Positions 52,965-64,000 of a stretch of 64,000 bases of DNA are shown piece after piece. The stretch is from the NCBI RefSeq assembly GCF_008831285.2, contig NC_045138.2:14322001-14386000 (forward strand), in the 5' to 3' direction. Position numbers and translations under genes: made by a program. Origin of the DNA: Nymphaea colorata. Taxonomy: Eukaryota. The notes below the pieces were generated by a model. That model did no database searches. It was not told the DNA's origin and saw nothing but the letters and a program-made list of their open reading frames with translations. Positions within the stretch are counted from its first letter, which is position 1. Each line of letters begins with the position of its first letter.

Positions 52965-54422
52965 TGAGTTCATCGTATATGGCTCGGTTGCATGCGCTAT
53001 TTATATGGTTATCTTAAGCATATGAATCCATCCTCTCGTAGGTATTGTCATTCCATGCAACTTATCATCCTCTTTACATTTCAGATTAATGGGTTCGATA
53101 AATATGACTTCTCTAGCTAGAAGCTTCTTTTTCTTATTGCGACGAAATATTTCCATCCGGATTGAAGATCCGCTGTTCGTGCCGATCGACCTGACAGAGG
53201 CTGTCTTCATGGATATATTGTGGAATTTCTTGCAACTGCTGCAAGATGGTGTGTTAGAATGCATTTTGGTGAAAGTGGGAGTGTTTATATAGGACTCTGG
53301 AAATTGAGGACTGCGGATTGGTGCATGAGTTGAGAACATTCTGTCTACTGTGCATGATCAAGCTAGGCGCTTCTAATCAGAAAGGTGAAACTGAAAGTTG
53401 AGGTTCAGGCTGATCAGGTTGAGTAACAGAATGTAAGGGAGCTGCGAAGTAGCTGAATTTTCATTGTTGCAGACCATATATATGTAGCCTTTCATGCAGG
53501 TTCTCTTTATTGCTGTAAGGTCTTGAGAAAGAAAGTTTGCCTAGATCACGGACAAGCTAATTGAGGAAAAATTTTACATAACAAAAGTTCTATTAGTTTC
53601 TGTGTGTTGCTCCTGTGTTTTTTAATGTTGTCTGTTCCAATATCATACTAATATAATTAACACCACATAGCGTGGTTCTCTCTCTCAATAAATGTTTTTT
53701 ATAGTTTGATTCCATAGAGAGAGGGAGAGAATCTTAAGGAGGTGAGCTATAATATTAGCGTGGAACTTTACCTCCATAAAAGAAGATGACGGTGGGATCA
53801 TCTTGACAAGAAGTGCTGTGCTAAAGGAGCATATTTGTCACATACGGAATATGGAGTCGTGTTTTTCTTAGATATTGAAAAGAGAAAATCTGGTTCATCG
53901 GGGTAAGCCCAAAAGGGAAAAGCAATCTCACATCTTTATTTCTTGCTTTGCTTTAACAGTCGCTTTGTTCCTTCTTCCTTCGTCTGAGTTTAAAAGGAGC
54001 TGCGATAAAAGATTACGAGTTTTCTCTCATTTTGTAGGTGCCGGTCTTCATATATATTGAAAAAAGTAAGCAACGAAAGCACTTTTTGTTCACCGGAAAA
54101 TGAGAAAGTCCTTTTTCTCCCTTTCCCTCGTTATCCTAGCATTTTATTTGTCCTCTTTTTCTTCTCTCTCTCTCTCTCTCTCTCTCTAAGGATAGAAGCC
54201 TTGTTTCCTTTTGAAAAGATGGATGTGGGCCTCTTGAGTCCACACCTGAGACCGTAACGAATCCACCATGCATTCTTTAATGTTAAAAAAGAGGAAGACA
54301 CTGAAGTGACTATGATTGCCCAGAGAGAGCTAGAGAGAGGACGTCACCCTTCCGTAACACACTTTTAAAAGACTAATACTAACCACATGATGCACACAGT
54401 ACATGATGAATCATGACGACGA

Positions 54423-54424
<2 letters not shown>

Positions 54425-54499
<75 letters not shown>

Positions 54500-54525
54500 T
54501 ATAGAGAGAGAGAGAGAGAGAGAGA
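54425..54525. repeat. Compound (AT)n(AG)n microsatellite
   Basis: Directly visible. Confidence 0.95.
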
Positions 54526-57500
54526 TGGAATATGAATACAATTATGTTCTCAGTATATTTCTTGCGGGATTTGCTCTTAGTGTGATTTAAAAAGATGAAC
54601 TGAGTAGTTAAAATTGTTAGATACTAGTTGTGTGAAACACATATTGGTAGTCATGACACGAACTCATCCAGCCAAAGGCAAAAAATTTTGGCTTTTAAGG
54701 GGTTAGGTTTGGAAACTGTGGAAGATACTTTTGCTAGCTATCACAAAAGCGATCAAAGTTTCAGAACCTTCAAGAGTCACTCACTGTGTATGCCGAAGCA
54801 CGCATAAAACCCTAGGAACAAGGAGCTACTAGCTTTGCAATTGGTTGTGCAACTAAGTCCGACTATATATCTATGTGCGGCTTGGTCATGTCAGCTTTTT
54901 TCAGAAAAAGTGAAGAACTTTTCTCAACTTCTACATATGTGGAACCTTCAACAACAGTATGCTTCCCTATATATCAACAAAATTCAACTCTATCCATTAA
55001 AATCAAAAGGAAAAGAATAGTCGCAATATGTTATGCTTGCAGTATCTAGCCAAGATCTAGCTTCTCTCTTTATGCATGCGACAACCAAGATGCATACGTG
55101 ATGAGCATTGGTTTTACAATCTACGTAATTCTAACAAAATGGTTCAATATAACTGAAACCTTATTGATCAGCTCTATTTTTAGTAGAAGATGCCATTTCG
55201 AGACCATGCAAGGTGCAATTTATACTAGGTATTCCCTAACAACTCTCTCTTCAGCTTGTTGCTACCAGATTAATTTTAATCCAAGATCAGCTAGCTGCAG
55301 TTTAGTTTTCCAGTGTTAAACACTTAGCCTCCTTTACATAACAACGTTGAACTCAACCCCTAGTGAATGTGGCTGTGTTGGGGGCAATGATCTATACTAC
55401 TTTACTCCAAAAGTTCTTACTTTTTCCTGACTATCCATGTTCAATAAAGTATTCGACTTGACCAACTTCTATATCTCCCTTATTGTGCTGTGCCACCGAA
55501 CTGCCTAGTGTTTGTCGTGTATATAATGCGTCTATTGTATCTCCTCCTGCAGCACTAAAGACGTGAAAAAAAAAAAAAAACTAAGGTGGTAAATATTCTT
55601 GGTAATATTTGAGGAACTTTTGCTTCGGCTATAAAGAAAACGGTGAAGAAAACAGAGAGGAGTAGAGTGGTCTTCTTCATTTGGTCGAGCAAATGTATGG
55701 CTAAAAGACGACTTCCGTGAACATGTATCTATATAATGGAATGTGTCCAACGAGTGCACAGAAGAAAGTGAAAAACAAAAAGAAAAACTGTTGTACACTG
55801 GATTGGGGAAAAAAAATGATAGATAACATAATTTTTGACTTATTAATATTGACGACGATCAGAATATGAGCCAGAACTCTCACGTGAACTGCAATTTACA
55901 GGTTTATTTTGTCTGGATATATATCTACATTTTGTAAGGACAGAACAAAGAACCCTAAGTTTATAACTACGTAAATATATATTTAATGAACGTGTGAACT
56001 TTTCATTCATTAGTAAATATGCACACTTGTATGGTTGGCAAAGTATGGACAAGATAAGGTCTTCCGATCGCCAAATGAATTCGGACTAAATTCCAATGCA
56101 TGCATCATCCATGCAACGATATTCTTTATCTCATTTTCGGATCACTACGATCAATTTTTTAGGCATGCGATTTTTGTGAATCATTAGCAAAAGAATAATA
56201 TTTTTTTCCTTTAATGCTATCGAATCTAGACCAAAGTTATGCCTCTAATGGCCCCATGAGACCCTACAATTGTTTGTTTCGTATGCATTTCAGATCTAAT
56301 AGCGAACAAAAATGATTAAAGTATCTTAATTCATAATTCAACGCTTATCTTAATCGACTTGGCCAACCCACTCAGGCTAGTTGAGAATGATTGGCTCAAA
56401 TTTAAGGAAACAATGTACTAATTTGGATTTTTTTCTTTGAAAGACACATTCCACAATGTTTACTGAGGATTTTCTTAGTCACCAAGTGTAGGCCTTATAT
56501 TTATATGCTTCTTTATCTTTTTGTCGATTAATGGCCATAATCAGAATCAAGAAAGGTAGATATAAATTGCGTTATATGCTTCCGCTTGGATTTGAAGCTT
56601 TAATTTGTGGTGGCAAACATGAGTAGTAGCACTAATTCCAACCAAACCCTACCTCCCCCTAGCCACATCCATCTCATTCAAAATTCTCATAATGGGGTGT
56701 GCCTGTTGGCACCATGAATTTGCAAGTGAAAACAAAATGGAGGGGCTTATGATGGCGACTGTTCATGTGCCCATGTCTCCTGTAGAGAGAGAGAGAGAGA
56801 GAGAGAGAGATCATGCGTCATCTATCCGTAAAAGTTGTATATGTACTGATCTGATCTCTCGTATAACTATTGCGACTTACCTTAATCGAATTAATGGGAC
56901 TGCTCACATGTTACCTGCACGTTCACTGAAGTCGTTCTTTTTAATTGGGTCGCCGGAAATTCTGATGTCCGTAAGATTTTCCGGCGATAACTAAGAAGAT
57001 GGTGCAATTTTTATGTAAAAAAGAATGGTAATGCGTTTAATGAAGATCAGTTCCGATTCGACCAGGCACTTGGACTCTGTCCACAGGATCACATATTCGA
57101 TGAGCAGCCACTCACAATAATGAGTTTCAGAGGGCGGTACGAAAGGCTGATGAGATGAATCATAAGATCCAAATGGAGGGAGATAGGAGACACTGTTCAT
57201 GTGTTCATGTCTCCAAAAGACAGAGAGAGAGATATTGATTGATGTTGGCGAGGTTGACGCCATCATGGGAAAGGGGAAGGTCAGAGGAAACGACTGCACT
57301 AGCTAGCTTGCCTTCTTCTAATGGTAGAAAGAAAAAAGACAGAGAAAGAGAGAGACAGAGGAATCAAATAAAGCGGGACGCCAAAAAGAGTGAATCGGTC
57401 ACGATCTCTTGTCGGCTGGGAAGAGACTTTCTTTCCCTCTCCCTATCTCTCTCTCTCTCTCTCATCGTCTTCGTCTTCGTCTTCGTCTTCCTCTCCTTTT

Positions 57501-58826
57501 TTCACCTTTCAAAGTAAAGGTCTGGCAGCCAACCACGACCGACTCGGATTTGCAGGCCGGCTCTGCTGAAAGCTCACGGTTGCCCGATTCGGGCCTGCTG
57601 GGCCAGGACTGGCTTTAAGCATGCTGGGCCGGTCCTTTAAATCCGACTGATGAATGGCTGGGATGGGTCCGGTCCCATCGGACGGACATGGCGGGCCCTT
57701 CCTGAAACACTGTCAATTTATTATAATTGGTCAGGCTCTGGCACAGGCTGAGCAAACGGTCGAGCCCCAGGCCCAGCCCACCTTGGGTCGAGTAACAGTG
57801 CTTTGTCTCCTCTACAAGGTACAAGGCCCTTGGATACTGTAGCTGGCAATGTAAGTTGTCCGGACCTATCACATAGCCATGCATTCAATCCCAACTCCAA
57901 GCTAAACCTCCTTTGAGACTTATATATATAATTTGTAGATTTCTTCATCCAGGTTTGAATATAGAAACCCTCCTCTCTCTCTCTCATAGCATACAGTTAA
58001 TGCACTGTCATACTCACCCGATGCAATGCATTGACTCACCATGATTGAACTAAGCTCAACATGGTTCAAGGATTTCAGTTCATATGTATATATATATATA
58101 TATATATGAAATAATTGGAAATTTCATACCATTCGGATGAAAACTAAATTAATGATTATTAAAGTACTTTGGTATATTCTAACCGTACAGATATTATCTT
58201 AGAAAGGGTTGATGACAGTCATACACAAAATTAGTCATTGTTTGAGTTCAACATATAAAAAATTCTTATGACTTCAATTTTTTTAATAGTATAAAAATCA
58301 ATTATTTCCTTAAAAACAAATTGAACTAAGGCATTATATCCCCTGAACTAGTTGGTCTGTGATATATAGGTCTCGTTTTTGTTCAGATCCTGATCAAGCT
58401 TGACAAGAAGAAAAAGGTTTCCTGTTATATGTGGATCCAGATCTAGTAGACATGGCCCATACACCAAAGCATAATCAGATCCAGAACTTTTCAATTAGAT
58501 AAAGGTGAAGAAGGATACCTGTAAAGCTTGGTCCTGTCTATTTTCAAAGAAGAATATTGATTCTAGACTTGAATAAAACTGGTAGTTGAAATTGTTTTCT
58601 GGGCTGCACCAAGATTAGCAAATGTGGTGCAGTTTACTAATAATCGAAAAGGAATTTTTGACAAAACCATGCTCAACTTATTATGGTGGCATAACAAACG
58701 CATTCTTCACTTTGAATTTCTTCTGTTTCATCACTGCCTTTTTTGCATATAGATATTTAACAAGTCAATAAGTTTAACTTGAACGTGTTTTTCTTTTATA
58801 TCCAAAACTGTGATTAGGTTCTGTAA

Positions 58827-58929
<103 letters not shown>

Positions 58930-60421
58930 ACGCCGAGTTCCCTGTTAGGACACATTCATATGGATGAAAGTTTCCGAGATCTTATTCTGTCTTTCTTGGC
59001 ACGATGTTTGATTTGATTTTTGACTTTAGCGTAGTCATTGTCTATGTCTACTCCATTTTGATGAAAAGTTGCTGGACATGTAGGTAAAAAGTGGGTTTTA
59101 ATAGCTAATGTGTTTCATATATATGACGAGTTTTACGACTACTCTTTCTCTGCTTAATTTTTCACATGTATATATATATATACATGCACCCTCTTGATTG
59201 AGATTAAGCTAAGTGCCAACTTATAGTGTGTGCCAAGTAATTGGAGTCAGGTGGGTGAAACTTTATTAATGGCTATCTGTATATATATGTGCATCCTTTC
59301 CGATTCTTGCCCCATTATCATGCTAAACACCTTTTACTAGTGTAATTACAATCACCAATAATAAAATAATCATAAATCTTAAATAATTATATTGCACGTT
59401 AATTTCTCTCTTATTGACATGATAATTATATTGCACTCAATATTTATGATATTATTGATGAAAGTGACCTTTTTGTTCTTTTGACCGGAAATAATTTTTA
59501 AATCCCAAACAACTCAGTGGTTCTTCTGATGCATCTGGTCATTGATTATTTTTGAACTAATGTGAAGGTGTGAGGTGGGGATGTAACTTGTTATTTTCAG
59601 ATTTGAAACAAATATCATCTTTCCAAACAAATATTGTTTTCTTTTGGGCAGAAAAATAAAAACAAAGAAAAAAGGGAGAGAAAAAAAAAAAGACAAGAAT
59701 TATTGTGAGCATGTCCAAGGACACATATATCAGTCACATGACATAAAGGAGAGCTTACGAAGATGGGATGTGATGACACAGTGGGGAGTTGTCTCCCTGC
59801 AGGCACGTTACTTATGGTTCACATGGGTCATGGCCCTACTTCACAGTGCAGAGAATCATGCGCTGCCCTAAATTTGCCAAAAGATATGTTCATGAATCAT
59901 ATATAATCTTTTGGGGGTGCAACAATGGATGCCATGTTTCAGTATGAAAATGAAGAGGAAACCCAACAAGGAAACAGGCCAAGCATTTATCTTAGGAGCA
60001 TAATTGCCTAATAATTCTACCACCCATCCAACCTGCAATCATTCAATATTAGAGTTTCACCAAACTATCAATTTTCACTCTTCTTTTACCCATTTGTGTG
60101 ATAGCTTCTTTAAGCAGTATGCAACTTTGTCCAATATGTAGCCTGAGTTGTACATGATAAGTTGTTTATCTACGATCTATCAGTCATGCTTTTCAGAAAA
60201 GTTGGAGTTCTTTTTTTTTCTTGAACTTTTTCGGGTGAAGCACATATGGTAAGGTGTATCTCATCACCATATGTTTCAACAGCTTCTTATAAATGAATAT
60301 ATATTTTGACATTTTTTCTTGGTGTATGTTCATGATCACTCACCCACTTGGCTTTGTGGGTTTGCTTAATTCCATTAAGCTGAAGGAACTATGGATTTGA
60401 TGGTAGGATGTAACGTGAAGC

Positions 60422-60591
60422 TAGTGGCGGAGCCAGGATATTTTGTCTAAGGACATCGAAGCCACCAGCACAGGTCTGATGTGGGCGCTCCATGTCATGT
60501 TTAAGTTATCACAATGTCATTACTATTTCTCTTGACAGGATGGTGTGGGCAGTGGCCCACACGAGCCCCCATGTATATATGTCCGCCACTG
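60422..60591. mobile_element. hAT-type MITE, 170 bp
   Basis: Terminal inverted repeats TAGTGGCGGA...TCCGCCACTG, flanked by a near-perfect 8-bp target site duplication CGTGAAGC (60414-60421) / CTTGAAGC (60592-60599). An 8-bp TSD is typical of hAT elements. Confidence 0.8.
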
Positions 60592-63500
60592 CTTGAAGCC
60601 CATTACCACAAGTTCATGCTTCCATCAGACTGCGGATTTTAGAACCATGGATTTAAGATCCTCGTTGGTCCACCATATCCATATATCTCTGATTAAAGGG
60701 AGAGGAGTTCTTTCTTTAGATCCCTGCATTGAAGATGCACATGGTATTTCATCAGATCCAGGTGAAATTCACTGATCCCGGAATATCTCAAATAATCTCG
60801 GAACTGAAATCCGAGGCTGCAGGAAGATGGAGCTATCCTGAAGCTTATTAGAGATGTAGTTTACATGCATCTTTTGAGAGGCAGGAGAGCTTTCTTGAAG
60901 GGCAACAAAAGAGGGACAAATAGAAAAGTGTCAGTAATTCAATCCGTAAAGTTGATAAAAGGAAAGGTAATAAAAGGCTAGTCAAGTGATCATTATTGTA
61001 TATCGATTGATGTGAAAGCAGCTTTGATGGAAGACCTTTAGGATATAGTACTGTTGATGTTGATCTAGCACCCTTAAGTACAGTGAATCATGTTTTGCTA
61101 TAATCTTCTTTGTTTGTTAAAAAGAATCTCAGATTTTGGTTGCATAGTTGCGAAGTATTAATCATTTTTTCCGTTAAATTCATTGTATGTTGTTGTCAAT
61201 TCAAATAGCATAAAGAGTTAATAAATCAAACATTGTAGTCACTGCCAATCTTTTTTTTTCAAGTATTTTAATTTCGAAACTTAATCGGGAGTGTGTTTCA
61301 AAAATTATTCAATAAAGCTAAGTTTTTAATTTCTTGCACCTTCAAGACAGTATCCCAAGAACTTGTGAATTAACCAAGAAAAGAGATTGAACAAGGGTTT
61401 TGGTACCTACCAAGTACCAATTAGAAGATCAAACTAATAGGCCTTTTGTTGGTAACCCTGGAGGTCGAGGTCCCCCCTATCCACTAGGAAGTGCACCTAG
61501 TTTTGACCTTATGGCAAGAGGCATCCTCTCTCGCCGGGTTTTCAACTTCTAATTGCTTGTTCAACTTGGTACCCCACATGCTTATGTAGTTATATATATC
61601 AAAAATGTAAATATCATGAGATTTTAAAGTGATTGTTTGTTTCTAATTAATTAGTTGAGGCTTTAGGAGGCGATTGTGGCTAAGCAGCTCATACTCCCAT
61701 GCCAATCAGTGAGGTTAATTTTAGTATTATGCCCATAAGAAGGGCAGGCATGAAAGTCCGTTCCCTCCTGGTGGTGCAGGCAATAGATATGCACCAGAAA
61801 AAAAATGTGGAGTTGGGGTATTTTGCTGATTATTCAAAAAAAAAAAAAACTGTTTTAAACTTTCAAATTTTTACTATCTATTTTTGTCCTTATAAGGGGA
61901 CTCCCTGGTAATGTTTTTTTTTTAAGTTTATTTAGACTATCAGTATAAAGCTCCTCAAGGTCATGCCCTTGTATCTTTAAGGTTCTAGCTTGCTTCGAGG
62001 TTTGAACTTTGTTTTCTTACATAACCTAAATCATCCACCTTTGTCCACAGCAACACATAAACAATATGACTTGGATTCCAAGGTTATTTACTTGCAAAGT
62101 CAACTATTTGACGCTGTCATGCTTATAGATAGAGCTACAGAGGAAGGAATGGCCTTCGTGTGGGCATTTGTCCACACAGATCCCCCATAATTTGTTTACT
62201 ATGTACTAGTCCCGCTCTACCATTTTTCTATGTATTCAAAGGGTGCAAGATATTTTAAGGACCTAAAGTTGAGTTTACATACTATCGTATTACTGCTCCT
62301 TAGCCGAATCCACTTTTGCCGCTCGAATCGAGCCGTGTGCGCGAAGGCAGGCAGAGGAACCGAGACGATTTGGTCAAGATGAGTTTTGGGTCTTGAGTCA
62401 GCTTTGATTCATATATATATATCTAATGAGTCCAACAAAAATTCTGGCATAGTATTGTCACATCACTCGAGACACCCAAACAGCACTTTCTTTTCTTTTG
62501 AGCAGGCATGTTTGGGTTAGGCAGACCCATCCATGGCACTGGATTTTTTGCCTTCTTCGACTTAAAAAGGATCTTTTAATTTAATTAAGCCCGACCCGCT
62601 TTAGCCAGCCGGTGGTCGGACTCTTTTTTTCCGTTCGTCGGAATCCGGTGGGATTAATTAGCTTTTAAATTTTCAATTCCAACAAGATGGTTTCTGATTT
62701 TGAGAAACAGAGTCGTTCTACTTGATGTGTATGTTAGCTTCGGCCGGCTGGTGCTGAAATTATGGACAGAAAACTCGGTACTCCTATGAGCTAGCTAGCA
62801 TAGGTGAACTGCCCAGCTTGACTACATGAAATACAAAATGTTTGTTCTAAGGTAGGTTTTGTCTGTCTTCACCAACATCTGTTGTGGGAAGATGTGACCC
62901 ACAGATTGAGGAAAACCAATAAATTATTCTAAACCGACAACTTTTCTTAATCATGGAGATGGATAAACCGCTGATTTTCCGGCCGATCGCCTGAGGAATT
63001 TCCGGTTTATTGCTTTTCCAGCAACCTTCCTGTAAAATCTTTCGGGATATCTCACCCTGGCCCACGGCTAGGAATGCCAACAGGAAGAAGCTAGCTAGAT
63101 TAATGGTGGTTCTGCAAATTTTGGCTGTTCTAAATCCATCTGCAGCCGACTTTCCGTGTATTTTTGGCTCTTCTCCACTAACATCTGGTTTATGCTTCCA
63201 ATTCTCGAAAATATGGACAAGAAAGAGTGTCAAAAATTCCATGGAGATTTACTGCTCCAATACTCTAGGGTGTAGGAATACCGCTCTAAGGGATGGATCC
63301 CACCAGTTCTGCTTGATTGGTACACACCGCATGGTTGTGCTTCTAAGAGCAAGCTGAGAAAGAATAATGTGGATTCTTTGGAAACAAACGCATGGTGGGT
63401 GGAGATGTAACGGATTAGATAAATCTGAATCTGATAATTGGATCTGCTAGGATGCAGCTAGCTTTTGATAATTGAATTCATACTCAAGACTGATTTCCAT

Positions 63501-64000
63501 CTCAGATCTGATCAAGAACGAGCTCAATTATGTATAAACATGTCAGGCTTGATGTCACAAGGTTGGCAAATTTGAACACCTTTGATGGAATATTACTAAG
63601 AATATAAGCATTTCATGTAGGATTGATTAGTCATTTTATATATGTATTTCCTCAAATCCAAGGAGTGATATATATATATATATATATATATATAGTAGAG
63701 TTAATTATATTATCGAACCTTTAGAGGATTGCGACCGATGTTGCACATAAGGCCGATATTTTTTGTTGCATAACTTTGAGTATGTTTTAGCTTATTTACG
63801 TTTTCACTTGGGCCCGCCCGGCGCTTTCCACAGCTAAAGTTCCTCTTCACGTGAACCCGACACAATATTGTAAGCGAGCAAGTTGACGAAAAGGATACGA
63901 TGGCTTATTTACGTGTATTCTTCCAAACACAGTATCAACGATAGCTGTCTGCAACGCATCCACTGTTCGAGTACGCTTGTTCTGAATCGTCGGCGCCATT

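Noticed and set aside
50384..52973. Several antisense and alternate-frame ORFs over the WIP exons
   Set aside because: Shadow ORFs expected from GC-rich coding sequence.
57520..57802. GC-rich GGCCC/GGGCC segment with possible short TIRs (AACACTGTCA...TAACAGTGCT)
   Set aside because: Probably a transposon remnant, but no TSD and uncertain boundaries.
62847..63357. Overlapping 131-aa (-) and 115-aa (+) ORFs
   Set aside because: No recognisable motif or supporting exon structure; cannot be supported as genes.
63826..63835. TTCCACAGCT, matching the 5' half of miR396
   Set aside because: The match stops after 10 nt and no hairpin partner is visible.

Overview
Eukaryotic (flowering plant) nuclear DNA with spliceosomal introns, AT-rich intergenic sequence and many (AT)n/(AG)n microsatellites. 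Six protein-coding genes can be reconstructed by hand: (1) the 3' part of diphosphomevalonate decarboxylase (MVD, + strand, runs off the left edge); (2,3) a tandem pair of membrane-anchored alpha/beta-hydrolases (- strand), tail-to-tail with MVD; (4) a single-exon P-class PPR gene (- strand); (5) a TFL1/CENTRORADIALIS-like PEBP gene (+); (6) a WIP3-like C2H2 zinc-finger gene (+). The rest is non-coding, with short hAT-type MITEs and many short local duplications. I see no convincing new multi-gene system. The most interesting signals are at the RNA-processing level: a recent duplication that gives MVD a decoy splice acceptor leading to a premature stop, two GC-AG introns, an apparently decayed first coding exon in one hydrolase paralogue, a duplicated poly(A)-signal module in the TFL1 3' UTR, and an out-of-frame upstream ATG separated from the WIP start by a CT microsatellite. 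All exon boundaries were read by eye and family assignments rest on remembered motifs; no searches were run.
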